Position numbers and translations under genes: made by a program. The notes under the pieces are model-generated. The model had not been told where the DNA came from, did not search any database, and saw nothing but the letters and a program-made list of their open reading frames with translations. This document shows, one piece after another, positions 11,901-26,900 of a stretch of 64,000 nucleotides of DNA; position 1 is the first letter of the stretch; each line of letters starts with the position of its first letter. Source of the stretch: Phoronis australis (Eukaryota; Animalia; Phoronida); assembly GCA_002633005.1 (NCBI GenBank), contig NMRA01000008.1, positions 1,521,328 to 1,585,327 on the forward strand. The letters are read 5' to 3'.

Positions 11901-14900
11901 GATTCTTATTGCCGATATCGTTGGCAATAAAATGGTATCGTATGCACTGGCCTTAATCACATTTATGTTTGTTTAATGTCTTGATGTCTGTCCAGCTGTA
12001 CATAGTAATCGTCCAAATGTGTGTGTGTGTGTGTGTGTTTGTGTGTGTTTGTGCGTATAGCCTATTCACATGCTTAACTGAGAAACATGCCTAGTAATTG
12101 TTTACTTAAAGTCGCTTTGAATTCTGGAGTATTCTCATGTGTTCAGCTTCTGTTAAAGAAACCCCCTTTTCTAGGTCACTCCTGTGGTTGACTTTGGTGA
12201 CTACTGCTCTTGTGTTTCTGGAGAGTAACACCAACTGAGTTAAACTGGCAAAGAATTGGTAAAAAATGCCGTTGGTAAACCTGTCGTGGATTCATTCTTG
12301 AGGGCAAATGTGACAGTTCACCGGCAGTGGTTTACGACCTCTAAAACATTGAAAACCTACAATAAATTACCTCCAGTCTATTCGCCCATTGGGCATACAT
12401 CACATTATCCCTCGTGGTCGTGGACAGCCCTCCAGAGACCTGGGACTGACTCCACAGATCAAGAAGCGTTTAGATTTGTCAGTCCACATTTTTTATTCTA
12501 CTCCACTGGAAGTGTGGCTTGCAAAGCGCTTTGCGCGAAATAAAGTTTCCCGTTAGCATAATTGCTTCGTTTGATGTTTGCCATGGCAAATAACGCAGTT
12601 GTTAGCGGTAATGCACCCGCTAAATTTGCCGCACAGGCGAAAAGCGCTATTCCGAGCATTCACATGCAAGTAAGAATACCACTAATGGAGTATAGCAAGT
12701 TTCCTGGTAATCGTGTGCATGTGAATGGGTCTTATGTGTGATAACGTTATGGGTATGCTGAGCCATGTGTTAGTTCTAGTTTATTGATCAGAGATATCTG
12801 TCACAGAAGAGTACTTTTAGATTATAATGACATTTAAATGAAGGGAGCACAATAGATGACACTTGTGCAACAGCTGCTGTCTGTAAATTTTAGCTGCTCA
12901 GGAGATAGTTTTTACTTAGTGAAATGAAGTTTCTTTGTTCGTGTGCTACATATCACAATTCTTATCAGAGCAACGTGAAATGTACACACAACATGTGTTT
13001 TGCGATTGGCTGGGAGCCTATTGTTTTTGATTAAAATCGGAAACAAGATGGCTTTGTGGTGGCCATTTTTACCTTTGGTTGACTGTGGAGTTAAAGCTCC
13101 ACTGTTTCCGGTGGAATTTTTTGGATTTTTTTCTTTGGATAGGTCATTGAAAGAATTATTGGGGATGTCTAGTTTGTTTTTCTCTAGGCCTTACTGTCCT
13201 CTAGTTACTCGAGATTTTCCAAGGAGTGGTCGTTCTTGGACGAAATCAGATGCAATACCAATATCTTTTCAAATTTGTTATTTAAAGAGATGTCATCACA
13301 GGCTGTCTTATACGTTGGTTTTGTCATGGACCTCACCTTTAATATTTTATTCGAGTTTACCAAGTGTCGCTCTTCAGAGCGCTCTCATTTACACGTCCAC
13401 AGATCATACTTGTTGTAAGGTAAAATCTCGTTAATTTAGAATAAAAATAATCGGCTAATTTGACCTTTATTCATTTTTCAATGTCCAAAATTTCTCAAAA
13501 CCCGATATGGAATTACGGAGAATTTATTTTGTGAGCTACTTAACTTCTATGAAAAGTGAAATAGAAGTTTGCTCGACCACCAGATTGTGTCCTTAATTGA
13601 TGAGATTTACTGTTATAAATGTCCTCCATATTGATTGTGTGAAAGCGATGGCTGACATTAAGGCTATTAAGGACCCGGCTAGAAAAATTCCAAATTTCGC
13701 CATCTTTGGAACAAAATATATCAGAAATCTACTCATTGGATTCGGATGAACTTCTATATAGTATGCTCTCTGCACAGTTCTCCGAAATGCTGTAACTAAT
13801 TGTATTTAAAGTGTTCCACTCTTTCATAGGGGCCATCAAAATATTGAACTTAAATGGATTTTAATGAAGTAATTTAAAGTTGCTTAAAAGGAAATTAAGA
13901 CATATTTCTAAAAACTGTGACAGAATTTTTGAGATTTCATCTTGAACATTTGTATCAAATGAAGTTTGGCTGTGTTAATGATGCCATTATTTTGCTACAG
14001 CTGTAGCACTCTCGGCATGACGATATGCCGAACTTCCAAGCAACAGAATATTTGATTGGTTGATTAGGGGAATTCTTTTGTGTACGTCACAAATTTAAAT
14101 ATAGCCTTACCTTCATTTCTAACAGCTTTTCTGATTCGTTGCTGAGAGGTAACGTGAGTTATTGAAGGGGTTTTCCAAGAATTTAGATCGATGACTCGCG
14201 AAAACAGAATGTCGGCCGACGGCAATTCAGACGTAGACTTTTCAAATGACGAAATTGGCAATAATTTGTATACTTTTTACTTAATTAATATACAAGATAA
14301 CCCAAAAAGGAATTCTTATATATCTGGCCAGATTTTGTTGACTATTACGACAAAGAAGTTGAATTACATGGCTTTGAACCGGAGGAAAACTTTACAGGTC
14401 GCGAATTTTGCAATTGGGTCAAACAAACGCCGTTGAACTCCGACAACTTCGCAAATTTTCTGAACATGTGGAGTCTTCTAGAGCGTACGATGGTTCTGAT
14501 AAGCAAGTTGAGTACTTTAAAAATTTCTATATTGATGAAATATTCGGTGAAATTGTCAGGGTAATTAATTTGAACGCCCAAACGAAGCGCGAGTCACAAC
14601 CGGAAGTCGACAGATTTGAATCGTTGAACCTAACGATCGCCTAATTTAAGTCACTTTATGGACTTCAAATGTAAATAGAAGATGTGAAATATGATCGAAA
14701 ATGTATCTTAAGAAATTTTACTGAAGAATATTGACAACACTGTTACTCATAAATCATTTTTATTCTTTAAACGATACATTGAATTGGCAAATTGGCAAAC
14801 AAACACCGGCATTTCAGGTGTTACTTACCTGCATCACGTGAGAGAGTGGGATTTTTTAATTTTGGTGAATTTGTAGATAAAGTTCATTCTGTTCTCTACA

Positions 14901-17900
14901 TTTTGGTGTATTACACTTTGAAATTCAATTATAAATGGATTGTTTATGGAATTTTGAAAACAAGCACCTCAGTTCAGCCCATGTGTGCTAAGTTACTTGG
15001 GGTTCAGGGACACAATGGCCGACAGTTACTTGGAGTTGAAAGAGTTAAGGTCAAAAGAGCAGTTGGTGCTGATCTGTACTAACTGTCTACAAATGCCTGC
15101 CCACATCAATTTCAGCTAATGTCTCATGTTATTTGCTATTTGTTATTTGTTATTTCAGCTAATGTCTCATGTTATTTGCTAAGTTACAGCAAGGCAAGCC
15201 AAGCGAGGGAGTGAAAAAGTGATTATCTGGCAAAATGTCGTACGGTGTACTCGATTTTCAAAAATAACGCCAGACCATAATCAACTTTTTTGCCTAATTT
15301 AATATTCTGTATCAATAAGTGCCACTTTTATATTCAGTTGTCAGTTTTGTCCAGCACACACGTGCGGCAGAACTGACCCATACCTAATGACCAAATCCAG
15401 GGGACCAGATTTGTCACTCACACTTATTCTTATAAGGACTGGAGTTTCAGGCTACGGAGCAGTTTCATTGCGTGTGGGTAATTTAAGAGTGCGTGTTTGG
15501 GGATTTGCAGATATGGTACTGGGGCTGAGAGAATCATAGTAGGATAGTTTCCACTCCCTGAAAATGTGAAACTCAGCTCTGCAATGGAATCCAGTTCTAA
15601 CACATTCTAGTATAGAAGTTCACTAAATTTACTTAGATTATGTCAATATATTGTTACAATATCAATTTCATTCTTCATCGATTTTCTGACGACATGGTTA
15701 CTAAGTGAGTGCTTAACATAGTGTGATAGTTTGTGATAATTTTGAATAAATTTCATATTATTGGCAGCCTTTCATTTTAATGGTTTTTAGTATCAACGTG
15801 CTTGTGCAAGTCGGAGTAGTTATTAGTGTATTATGTCACGCTTAGATATAGAAATTTCAAAGGACCGAGCCTTGTTTTGTATTGCAATTAATGTATTCTT
15901 TTTTTTGGTGAAGTGCAATTTCTTCAAGTCTTTTGCTTTGCCATAAAATTTTGTTTGTAGCAGTGTTCGCATGCTACAGGTCACACTCGTATGCGAGTGG
16001 AATATAAAAAAGTTGTATATTGGGAATAGCTCGAAGCCTATTGTTTTTGGTTGAAATCGGCCGCAAGATAGCATTGTGGCAGCCATTTTTTGTTTGTGGA
16101 GCTATTGCTCCACTGTTTCTTGTGGGATTTTTTCTGTGGATAGATCATTTCAAGAGCTATGGGAAATTTTGTGCATTTGGTTTTTCTCTTGACTTACTGT
16201 TTTCAAGTTATTCGAGACTTTCCGGTGACTGCTTGATAATCGATTGTGTTTTGATGTTGTATCTCTGGTGTTCCTGGACGGATCTTTCAGGAAATTGGTA
16301 TGTGGATGGATCTCGACGAGTAGTACCTGCAATGTGCCATCCATTTCTAGCTACAACGTACTGTCTCGAGATATTCGAGATTTACTGGTTAAATGAAATG
16401 TTCTTTTAGTGACTTATTTCTAGCTGCACTATGGTGATCCATCGTAATCGTGCTTAAAGTCGCATTTTTGTAGGATTGACATTAATTTTTAAGTACAACG
16501 CTTATCTAGTCAATAGCTCGAGGACTCTGATTTGTGGGCGAAATTAGACACAAGATGGCGCTGTGGCGGAAATTTTTGTAATAATGTTTGCGGAACTATA
16601 GCTTTGCAATGCGTTGACCGAGCCTTCTCAAATTTGGTATGTAAATAGATCTCAAGAGCTATCTGTTGTGCATCATTCGTTTCTCGCTATATCTTACCGT
16701 TCTCGAGCTATTTGAGATTTTTTCGGATTTGATAACTCATTAGCTAATCCCACAATGCTCTTTTAATGGGTTATCATTTACTGTGCATTGAAAACCTGAC
16801 TTAGTTAAGTTTCTAATTACAAACTTAGTCTGCAGGATTCAATAGACATAATCATGTGGGCGTTTCTATTATGTTACGGACATGGTGATAATGGTAGGTT
16901 GTCATTTGGACAAGTGCAATATGTTTCATCCTTATGTTTAATTAGTTTGCCTAGCTGCTGCCATGTTAAACAGTTACACAATCCTTCACAAGGGTGCTTT
17001 TTCACAATTCTGTCTGTTGAAACATGATGTCTAATACCCACTTGAAGCTGGGCAGGACTGAGAAATGTGCTCTTAAAGGGACATTATGTATTTTACGACC
17101 GGAAAATGTATTTTCGAGATTATTGTTAAATATGATTAGCTTTGACCAAAGCTTCGAAACAATAAAAATCTTGTTTTCTTATTTTATTACGAATTGTCAA
17201 TTTTCGTTGTTGTCTTCCAGACATTCACTGAAATCAAACTCAATGACTTAATCAGTTAAATACGCCATAAGTGTCGTACATTGAGTACAATTTCAAGTTA
17301 ACTCAGCAGAGCATTTGGATGCAATGCAAAAGTTTCAGGTTTGAATCCATGCCGAAGTTGATCTCGGAGAAAGGATTTCCTTACCCATAATGTCATTTTA
17401 ATGTTATTTTATTGTCGATCAGAATCTCCTCTTGTAAGACTGCCTGTATGCAGCTCCGCATAATACGCGTAGAAGCTGTATGTTGATCCACTCCTATTGT
17501 TCAAATGTGTCCCAACTCGTTCATTCTAGGGTACCACGAGCATTTCCATGAACCATTTGAGAACACTCTCAACGATGTGGGCAAGGTGTCCCTGGCATTC
17601 TACTCTGGCCTCTTTGCTTACAATGGATGGTAAGTTCTAGACGCATTATTTTTGTTGCGCCTTGCCATCAGCAATCGTCCTTGCTGCATATTCTTCAGCT
17701 AGACAAAGCATGCAACATGCTGCTGGTGGCGTTAACTTTTGTTACTTTTTATTGTTCAAACAATGTCTGACTTTTTGACACATTGGTAACGTTGCTGTGC
17801 GAAATTGATAATTGGGATTTTATAGCTGCATTTTGCCCTTTTTTGCTGTTGCTTAAAACATGTTTTGAAATCTTTACCGAGGAGCTGAAATTAACTGCTG

Positions 17901-20900
17901 ATTTGCCGTATACTGATGGAAAATGGTCACTGTTTCTTCACATACTGACTCATTTTTAATGGAAGTCCCTGAGCACTATTTTCGAATTTCATGTTTGGCC
18001 TGCTTGGGGGTTTGTATACTTACTTTTTGGCAACAGAAAATAAGTTCAGTCATGATTGAAAAAAGGTAACTGTTTTTCATGCTTCAGTCATAATAAGGAA
18101 AATTTCGAGACCAATTTACAAAAGAAAAGGGCCTGCTTTGATATTTTTTAGCCAGCTAAACTGGGTGGAATGTAGCTTTAATGAATTAGTTCCCAGCCAT
18201 GTGATGCTCTGTCACACTTGGTCTACTACTGTCACAGTGGCTGCCACTTGCCAGATTGATTGGGTCAATAAAACTCACTGCTAATATTGGATTGGTTTCT
18301 GGCATTGGAATTACATAACTTCTCAGCCAGATAGCTTCCCTTCCAGTGAGATAGCTTCCCTTCTGAAAACAAGCAAACTGTTAATGGATTTTATGGTCTA
18401 GGAAGTTCCTAAGGTGTCAACACACAGTACATCAGCTAATCTCTCTGCCACCCTGTAGTTCTTCTGATGGTTCTCACAGATCTTGAAGACTCCTTGAATT
18501 TGGATCAAGGTCTTGAAAAGACCTTCAGTTTGAATATAGGTCTTGGAGGGGTTCTTGGTTTTTACACAAAGCCTCGATTTTCCTAAACAATCTGAAATAT
18601 GAGGATGTTAATTTCTGTTTGTGTTTTTATTGTTTTTATGTTGGTATCGTGATGGTCACCAAAATCAACGTGCTAAAATGATACGCTAAAAATTTTCTTA
18701 GTCATTGTGATTCAAGTGAGATATGTGTAAACAGGCTCCCACCATACCAGACCCACTAGTCTCAACTCTTACGTACTTGTGCAGTACTTCAATTTTGTCC
18801 AAAATCTCCCTGAAAGCTTTTGAATTTTGTGACCACAATTCTGTATGAAGCATGAATTGTTTGGTTGGCGTGGGTGTTCGGAAGTGTCGTGTGTTATAGT
18901 CCAGCGTCCTCTCTACATGAATTCAGATGTGGCACTGAAAAACGTCTGAATAGTCTTGAGCCACGTTTGAAATCTCCAGATATATTTGAAAAGCCCAAGT
19001 ATTTTCTGCTTTGTGAGACGAATAATTGAAGCTGTAACTGCCAACTCATATTTATTTTGTGTTTATTTGTCTGCTATAAAAATGACATTCTCAGTGTGTG
19101 AGAATAGTGTGTAACTAAGGTGCTGTCTGTGAATTAGCAGACAACGATGTGGACACGTACCACGCAATTTGCAGTGTTTGAACCTTGGCTTTGAGAGCAC
19201 CCTGTAGGCACTCAGACATGGAGGTCAATAAGCTGTTAGCATGGCACACTATGTTGTTTTGGCTGCCTAGGTACACCTAAGTGGAGATGAGTCCTTTCCT
19301 CAGGTCTTTATCGAGAGTGAAAAAAGATTTTGTAGCATTCCCAACCCACAAGCACTACTCATGATAACTGAAACTTAATTATGCTACAAATTTTTAATCT
19401 GTTTATCCACATAGTAGAAAACATCCCAGCATAGAAAAATAGGACTAAAAAACTTCAAATTTGACAGTTTTCTCCTCAAAATTGCCACTTCCCTGTGGTC
19501 ATAGTAAGTCCCTTGCCAGATGCCCGCTTGGCAATTTTGAATTGTTTAACAGCTACCTGAAATTGCAACCAGACAGCAGGCGACAGGGGTTGAAAGCAAA
19601 CTGCAGCTGCCATTTTGTATCTAAAGTAGGTCACGCCTTAAAAAACTTGGCTGTTCTCATTCAGGACGAGTTCTAACGCACAAGCAGTTCAGTTTCCTTG
19701 AAATTATTTTCAACGCATTTCTCAAAACAGCTGCCAACCCCGACACTTTCCCTTTATTTAAATTCTAGGGACTAGAAAATGCCCCGTGGCTGCAGCCCAA
19801 CTTTTCAATGCCCATGGCAGCAGCCTAACTATTCAGTGCTACCTCAGCATGTATGAATCTGCCAGATTTTTTTTTGCCAGTCTTAGCTGTTGGTAAGTGC
19901 AACGCATGCTGGTCTATTCATATTCATGTCATGAAAAACTGGTGGAAAAACTAATAAGGGTTTCCCGGTTATGGATTGACCGATGTATGCTGGCCCTTGC
20001 CATAATTAAAAATGTAACCATCGGGTAAAGACTCTGTCGTGGGTTTCATGATGTTGATTACCGTGTTGAGCTTGCTGCCAACCTGTAGTTCACTTGAACA
20101 CACTGAATAGATACAAGGATCCCGCATTTTGAGAAAAAGTTTTCTCTGCTGAATAATGGGACATCAAACTGGTTCTCAAAATCCGGGACCCTGTAAGTGA
20201 CTGTTGCCCTGAATCTGGTCAACAGTGGAGTCGGTCACCGTGAGTTTCTGATAGCGATCACCAGGGACATGTGTTCCATCAACGACATTTTTTCACCTTT
20301 TCAATTATTCAAAAATATATCCGGGCATACGTTTGTAAACAAGGAGCTTATAAATGGAAAATAGTTAAGGGAGTTTATGGTATCGATTGTGCCATTTATT
20401 TTGTTAGTTTAGTTAAGCGTTAGTTACCAGGGCTTGGAATTTTCCGCGGAAACGCGGATTTCCGCTTTTTTCAAATGTGCTGTCCGCTTTTTTATAATAT
20501 TTCCGCGTAAAAAAAATCGGATTTGATATAAAATTTCCGCGGCAAATTCCTTTCTTACCGCGGCGTTGCAGACGACGTTCACCTCGAAAAGCGGAAGTTG
20601 CTCTTTATGTTTCGGAGGAACGTAAATTGTCAACATTGCCGGGGCACCTGGGACAGTGTGGTGGGATTTTCAATGGCGTCTCGTGTTATTGTTAAGCGCG
20701 GCGACAAATATTACCGCTCTGCAGCCAAAAATGTGTGGGGTTGGGAGTGGACGGGCGAGCTAAAAGGACGCAGACGCATGCTACTGATGGTGGTAACGTT
20801 TTCTTTTTTTAGTCCTCTGGATTTTTGTCGAGGAAAGGTTCACATTGACCATTTCAAGGCTGGTTAGCGGGCATGATTTGAGCCGTAAAAGTTTCCGCGT

Positions 20901-23900
20901 TTTTTGTCATTGGTCATTCCAAGCCCCGAGTAACATTATTCTGTAGATACAATCCCAAAATGCACGTAAATAAACTGCCCTGTTTCTCACAAGGCATTTA
21001 GTTTTCTTTGACACTCGCTAACACTGCTTAGTTTGGGAACTCCCTCAAAGCACAGAACGTTTCAATCGTGACACCCAAAAATAGACCCATAGGCCTGTGT
21101 TTGAAGTTTTATTTTTACCTAATGTAGGCCTATGCATCATTTGTTCAATCATGGTGACCACAGGCAAGATGTGGCAAACTGGTAGTGGTTGCCATGGTGA
21201 CCATCTTACATAACTGTTGTTGCATGCTCTGCTGATAAGTGTCTTATCTGGTGAAGTGTAAAGCTGAAATGTGTGTGTATGATGACTCTGGGGATTTGTT
21301 CATTAACTTATAACCAAGCCAAAAATGATGATGTCTTCCCTTTAAACATAGACAGTGGTGTCAACTATAAATTAATCATTGCTCTGTACCAGGCTCTTCC
21401 ATGTTTATGCCCTGAGCATTTAAATTGAGAAACTCAAAAATTCAGTTCAGCACCAGGGTGTATTCAACAGAAGCTAGGCATTCAAACATGAAATTGTTGA
21501 AATCCTGGAGACAATATTCAGCCTAACGTGGGTATATCCCAGAGGAGCACAGTGGACTTGTTCTTAGTGAAGCTTTATGCTCGATTACAATCCAAATTCG
21601 ACCACATGTATGTCTCAGTGAGAAAACTAGTCTCTTGCTATGCCTTAGGGACAGCATTCACACGACTATAGTTTAGCTGACAATTTGGAGTGACTGAGGA
21701 GACTGTTAGATTTCTTGTTTTTACAAATGTCTACCGTAAATTTGTAGTCCCTGTGTGTAAAATTTTTATTGGCACTGGGCAGTGGACACAAAACGTCGGG
21801 ATTAAGGGTCACCAAACTGCTTGCCAAAACACTTGTTTAATGTTGTTTTGTATTGTGTCTACGACGTTGAAGCCCCATCAAATTTTTATTGGTGTGTACC
21901 CTGTATGAGGTTATTAAACAGATGCCAAAAACACGTCATGCAAGTGTTAAAAGAAGCTAGGTGTCATTCCAAAAGGCAAACTATGGATGTTAACTGCCAG
22001 CGTATGAATTGAGCGTATATTTTGTGTACTGTTTTGCAGGAATTACCTGAACTTCTTGACTGAGGAGTTGAAGAACCCCAACAAGAATCTTCCCATTGCC
22101 ATCTGGGTCTCGTGCACCCTGGTCATGGTTATATATGTATTGGCTAACGTGGCCTACTTCACCTCTGTCAGTCCTCAGGAAATGTTGGCCACCCCCGCTG
22201 TTGCAGTGGTAAGTCCCAGCTCCTGCCAATGGTAGGAATCAGTTTTCTGAAAAATCAGTTTTCAGGGTTGTAATGTTGGAGAGTGACGCTGCTTTGGTGC
22301 AGAATACATGTCGCTGTGATTTACATTCGGTAAAAATTCTGTGATGGTGAACAATTAGTTTGCTCAAAGTTGTGGCTTAATTGCACCAAATTTTCGAAAT
22401 TGGGCAATATTGGCCCGTCCCAAATTCAAAACTTACTATCAGCAACAAAAAATCATCGAGCTCACTGTTACACACCACAGGAATGTTACGTCAACGGCTA
22501 CTTTTGACAATTTCGTGAACTGTATATAGTCTCTTCAGACTCACTGATCTAACATTTGAGAAATATGATAAAGCCTAAAGTTGCCCTTGTCCCAATCTTC
22601 AGAATCAAGAAAATACGAAGTCCTAAATTTTTTAGAGACTGTCTAAAACTGGGGGATTTTCAGTTTAATAATGGCAAAGGTCAAGATAAGATTTTAGCTT
22701 TGGATATGTAGTGGAGGAAGTGAGTATGTCTGATCTCAGGTTCACATGCTGACTGAAATTTTAGCATTTTCACCAGCATTTTCGCTTTGAGCAAAAATAC
22801 CAGTCGCTAAGGTCACTTTTGCTCGACGTGTACTGGAGGTTTGTGTTACCTCAAAACTACTGGGCCGTTTTTGCTAGCAATTTTGCAGCCAGGCCGCTTA
22901 CTTCAACGGACACACCTTTGGAAGGGTAAGAGGCACACGTAATACACATCAATCAATTTTTGACAAATAGAAAATGTGTTTTGACATCAATTTTAGCTTA
23001 AAAGTGACCCTGGTGTTGAGGAAACAAACTAACTGCTGAGGAAAATTGCCCCTTTGGGGACATCTCGCCGGCAGCTCACCTGTTTGGCTAAAATGCTGGC
23101 AGTGAAATTGCTAGCGTTTCTGCCACTTATGTGTACCGGGTATCAGTGAAGGTCTACCTAGTGAAGGTCTACCTGTCCAATTGTTTTCTTTCTAAAGCAG
23201 CTGTAAACCTCGCCTTCCTCACCAAACCTATATTTTTGTTTCTAAGATAACTGTTACGAAATTGGTCGCAACGTCTTAATTGCTCGGATTTCTGGGTTTG
23301 GGAGGAAGTGACAGTTTGTCATTGACTGAGGCTATGCTCAGCTCGTGAAACGTCCAACCCGGTCAAGCCATCTTATCGAGCCTGGCTTTGAGCAGTGTCG
23401 TGTGTCAGTTCTTCGCAAGTCGAGGGTCTGTGACCATCAACTTCACTCGAGATTGTTAAAAAACTTACAAATTTACTCTAAAGCATTGCAGTTGGTCCAT
23501 TTTTACGTAAATTCTCAAGTACGGTTCGTGTCCGTAAATCTCATCTAATCTGAGTGTGGGACATGTGTAGACCAGTGTTAAAGTGGTAACTGGTCCGTCA
23601 AAAGTCATCTTTTGATGAAATTAAGGTTAGGCCAAAAAGAGTCGAGTTGGTTCGGGTCTCTACCCGACTCATTTTGAGACCTGTGTTAAGCGACTGAAAA
23701 GAAGAAGTCCCCGCCCGTATCAATTTCAGTCGAGGTGTTTTGCTCTTTTTTGAAAAGCTACACAAAGTCACCTATAGCAAGGGTGATCCAGGTTTGAAAC
23801 ACCATTAGTTGCCAAGCAAAAAAAAAAACGGAAACAAAAAAAACGGAAACAAATCCTGCATCATTTTTGCTCGTCTTTGGTGAATTTTCTTTTTTGGAAA

Positions 23901-26900
23901 AGTGAGCAATTGAAAAATACGACTTCGCTGACTCGATTTATCCAAAAAAGGCTGAAACAATCAATGCCTTTTAGGTCTTATAACAGCATTACTTGTTGCT
24001 AATGGTTATGTTTTGCATGTTCTAGGTCATGGCCAAGAAGTTGTATGGTGTCATGTGGTGGCTGGTTCCTATTTTTGTCGCCATGTCAACATTTGGCAGT
24101 GTCAACGGTATTGTGCTGACGTCCTCGCGTACGTTCTACGTAGGCGCCAGGGAGAATCACATGCCACAGGTGTTGAGCATGATTCAGATTCAGCGCCTGA
24201 CCCCTCTACCCGCTGTCTTGTTTACGGTACGTAATACGGAATTCAGATGTGAAGTTTTTGTAAGAAGTCAAATGGCTGGTTTGATCAGAGGGCAGATCAG
24301 ATGAGTGTTAACAAAGGCATCATATTGGTCATCTGACAATAATTAGCATTAATATTCAAAATGTTTTTATTCTGGCCAATCGTGTGTCATCACCATGTAG
24401 GGATAGAGCCTGAAATCTCTTCGTAGGAATGGAGGTTTCTCTTTACGAGGCTGATCTGGAGTTTGATTTTTAAAGGCAGATCAGATGCCTAACAAGCATT
24501 CACACGTGAAATTTTGTCAGACTGGATCATACATCTAATTTGCCTTTTGATCAAACAGCTTTCAAGCGCTGTAAAACAAACCGGAGGGCACAACAGTCAG
24601 TGAACTCCTTTTGGTTCACGGTAATATCGCTTGTAATTAAGAATACTTACCAGCTGTAATAAAGAACTAAAACGAAGTGTTTCAGTTTTTCCACTCGAGT
24701 ATCAACATCAAACGGGTTCTCAAAATTCGGGACCCCTGTAGGTGGCGCTTGTGTTCAGATTTAGCAACTTGCACCTAACGTGGATTTCAAATTAACGAAA
24801 AAATATTTGGAACAGAAGTATTATTTCAGTTATAGCCTTGTGGGGCTTAATGGATGCATAGATGACAGGAATGTGACTCTCGGTATCCAAGGAACTCAAT
24901 ATAACATCCCAAATCCTTGGAAACTAAGGAACTCAATATGATTCATCCCAAATCCTTGGTAGCCAAAGAACTCGACATGATACATCCCAAAAGTATTCTG
25001 ACAAAACTGGTGTTACTAAGTCGTTTTTGCTATTTTGTCATCACGTAGGAATTGCGCTTGTGGTCAGCCGTCACGACAGAATTCTGGATGCTTCTGTCTA
25101 ACTATTTTTAACTCAATTTCCACACGTACTTTTGGTAGTGACTTTGATAATTCGAGCACAATGTAGTTCATCATTTTTGTAAGCCAGCGCGTCAATTTTA
25201 TTTTAGGGCATAATGAGCTGTGTCTATCTGGTCTCCACCGACTTGTACGCTCTCATCAACTACGTAGGCTTCGTCAACTGGCTGTCCATTGGTCTATCGG
25301 TCGTAGCTCTGCTTTGGTTCAGACACAGTCGCCCCGATGCGGAGCGCCCTATAAAGGTATGTTGGGGGCAGTATTTATGCAGTCGTCAAAAATCGACTTG
25401 CCTTTAGACAGACACCAATTCTAATTCTTGACTTGTTGTCAAGACAGCAATGCATTGTTGACAGTCATAATGTGTTATGAAGTTTCACTTGATTTGTTGT
25501 GGATTTACAGGTTAAACAGCTGCACTTGTCCAAGTGAATGCCCTGCTTTGGCTAAATCCCTAGCTCCAAACTTTCACTTGTAATATTGTACCCACCCCCA
25601 GCTCTTCTCTGTTGAGAAGTCACGTCTCATTTGAGTATAGTCAGTGTTGAGACTAGATCTTATGTAGTAGATCGTTTGATGGGAAATTTTCAGAAAATAA
25701 TGGAGGCTGATCTCTTTTACCGCCACTTGGGTGTACCAGGAGGTATTTCTTCTTCACAGCAAGTGGCGTAGGGAAACATTTTGACTTTGTGAAAAGACCC
25801 TTTTATAGTGTGTGTGATTATACATGGTGCGATGTAAACAAAAGTTAATGTGCCTCCTTGTCTTAGTATGGTCAGTCACCACAGTGCTACATGAAAGTCA
25901 AATTTACTGATATTTTGTGGAATGGAGCTTCAGTTTGAAATAAAATTGAAAAACCGAGGGGGTTCATTCGATCACGAGTGTGTGACGTAGCACAAGCGAG
26001 TTATTGCCAAATACCACAGATTTTGTGTAATGTTCATATTGTAATTGCCTCGTGTACAATTTGCCTACAGCATGACGTACATTGTGTTGTAGGTGGCGCT
26101 AGTGTGGCCCATCTCTTACACCATCATGTCCGTGTTTCTCATTGTCGTGCCGCTGTACGCCAGTCCCGTGGAGACCGGCCTCGGCTGCCTCATCATTCTC
26201 ACAGGCGTCCCAGTCTACCTTATTTGTGTAGCGTGGACGAGCAAACCCAAGATAATCCAACGGAAAATGGGTAAGTAGATTCCTGAAATTCAATCTTTCA
26301 CGAGTCTTCAGTCCCATTGAGCTGGTTGCTGACCGCAGTTGATTCTTTTGACAACTTGGTTGGGATACTAATCCCGAGTGCCAAGATACAGTATAACTGC
26401 CCAGAACATGTATTAATCTGTGTGTCTTTACTCGAAGAAGCCCAGTAACAGAGATCACCATACCTTTCTTTTTAAGTCTGCATGGAACTGAATGAGGTCA
26501 GGACCTGCATACAGGGGAGGTCGTGACCGCTGTGATACTCAAATGGGCAGTGAAATTGTGGCATTTTACTTTTTTTTTTGAAATATAAAGCAGCTTTAGA
26601 GAGTCGGACGTTGAAGGTTTGATTTAAACCACTTAACCAGTGTTAAAAAGAAAGTTCATTTCCAGTGATAACACGTGTGAAAGAATGCATATGTATTTTG
26701 ACACATACGTGCCACGCGTACACTTTGGGTGTTTTGAGACCAGACATCAAATTTGAAGTGAAATAGGGACATAAAGAAGTATTTTCAATAAAAGTTATTG
26801 CTTTATCTCAGTCTAAACACACATCAATCAAGCAAATTTCCACAGGTAAATTTATTGTTTGTTAAGTTATCAAAAAGCCATCTTGAAATCGAAAATACCA

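Noticed and set aside
13990-14648. CpG-rich segment with hairpin TCGGCAT...ATGCCGA, probably a transposon relic
   Set aside because: Only one copy in the window and the boundaries or TIRs could not be defined.
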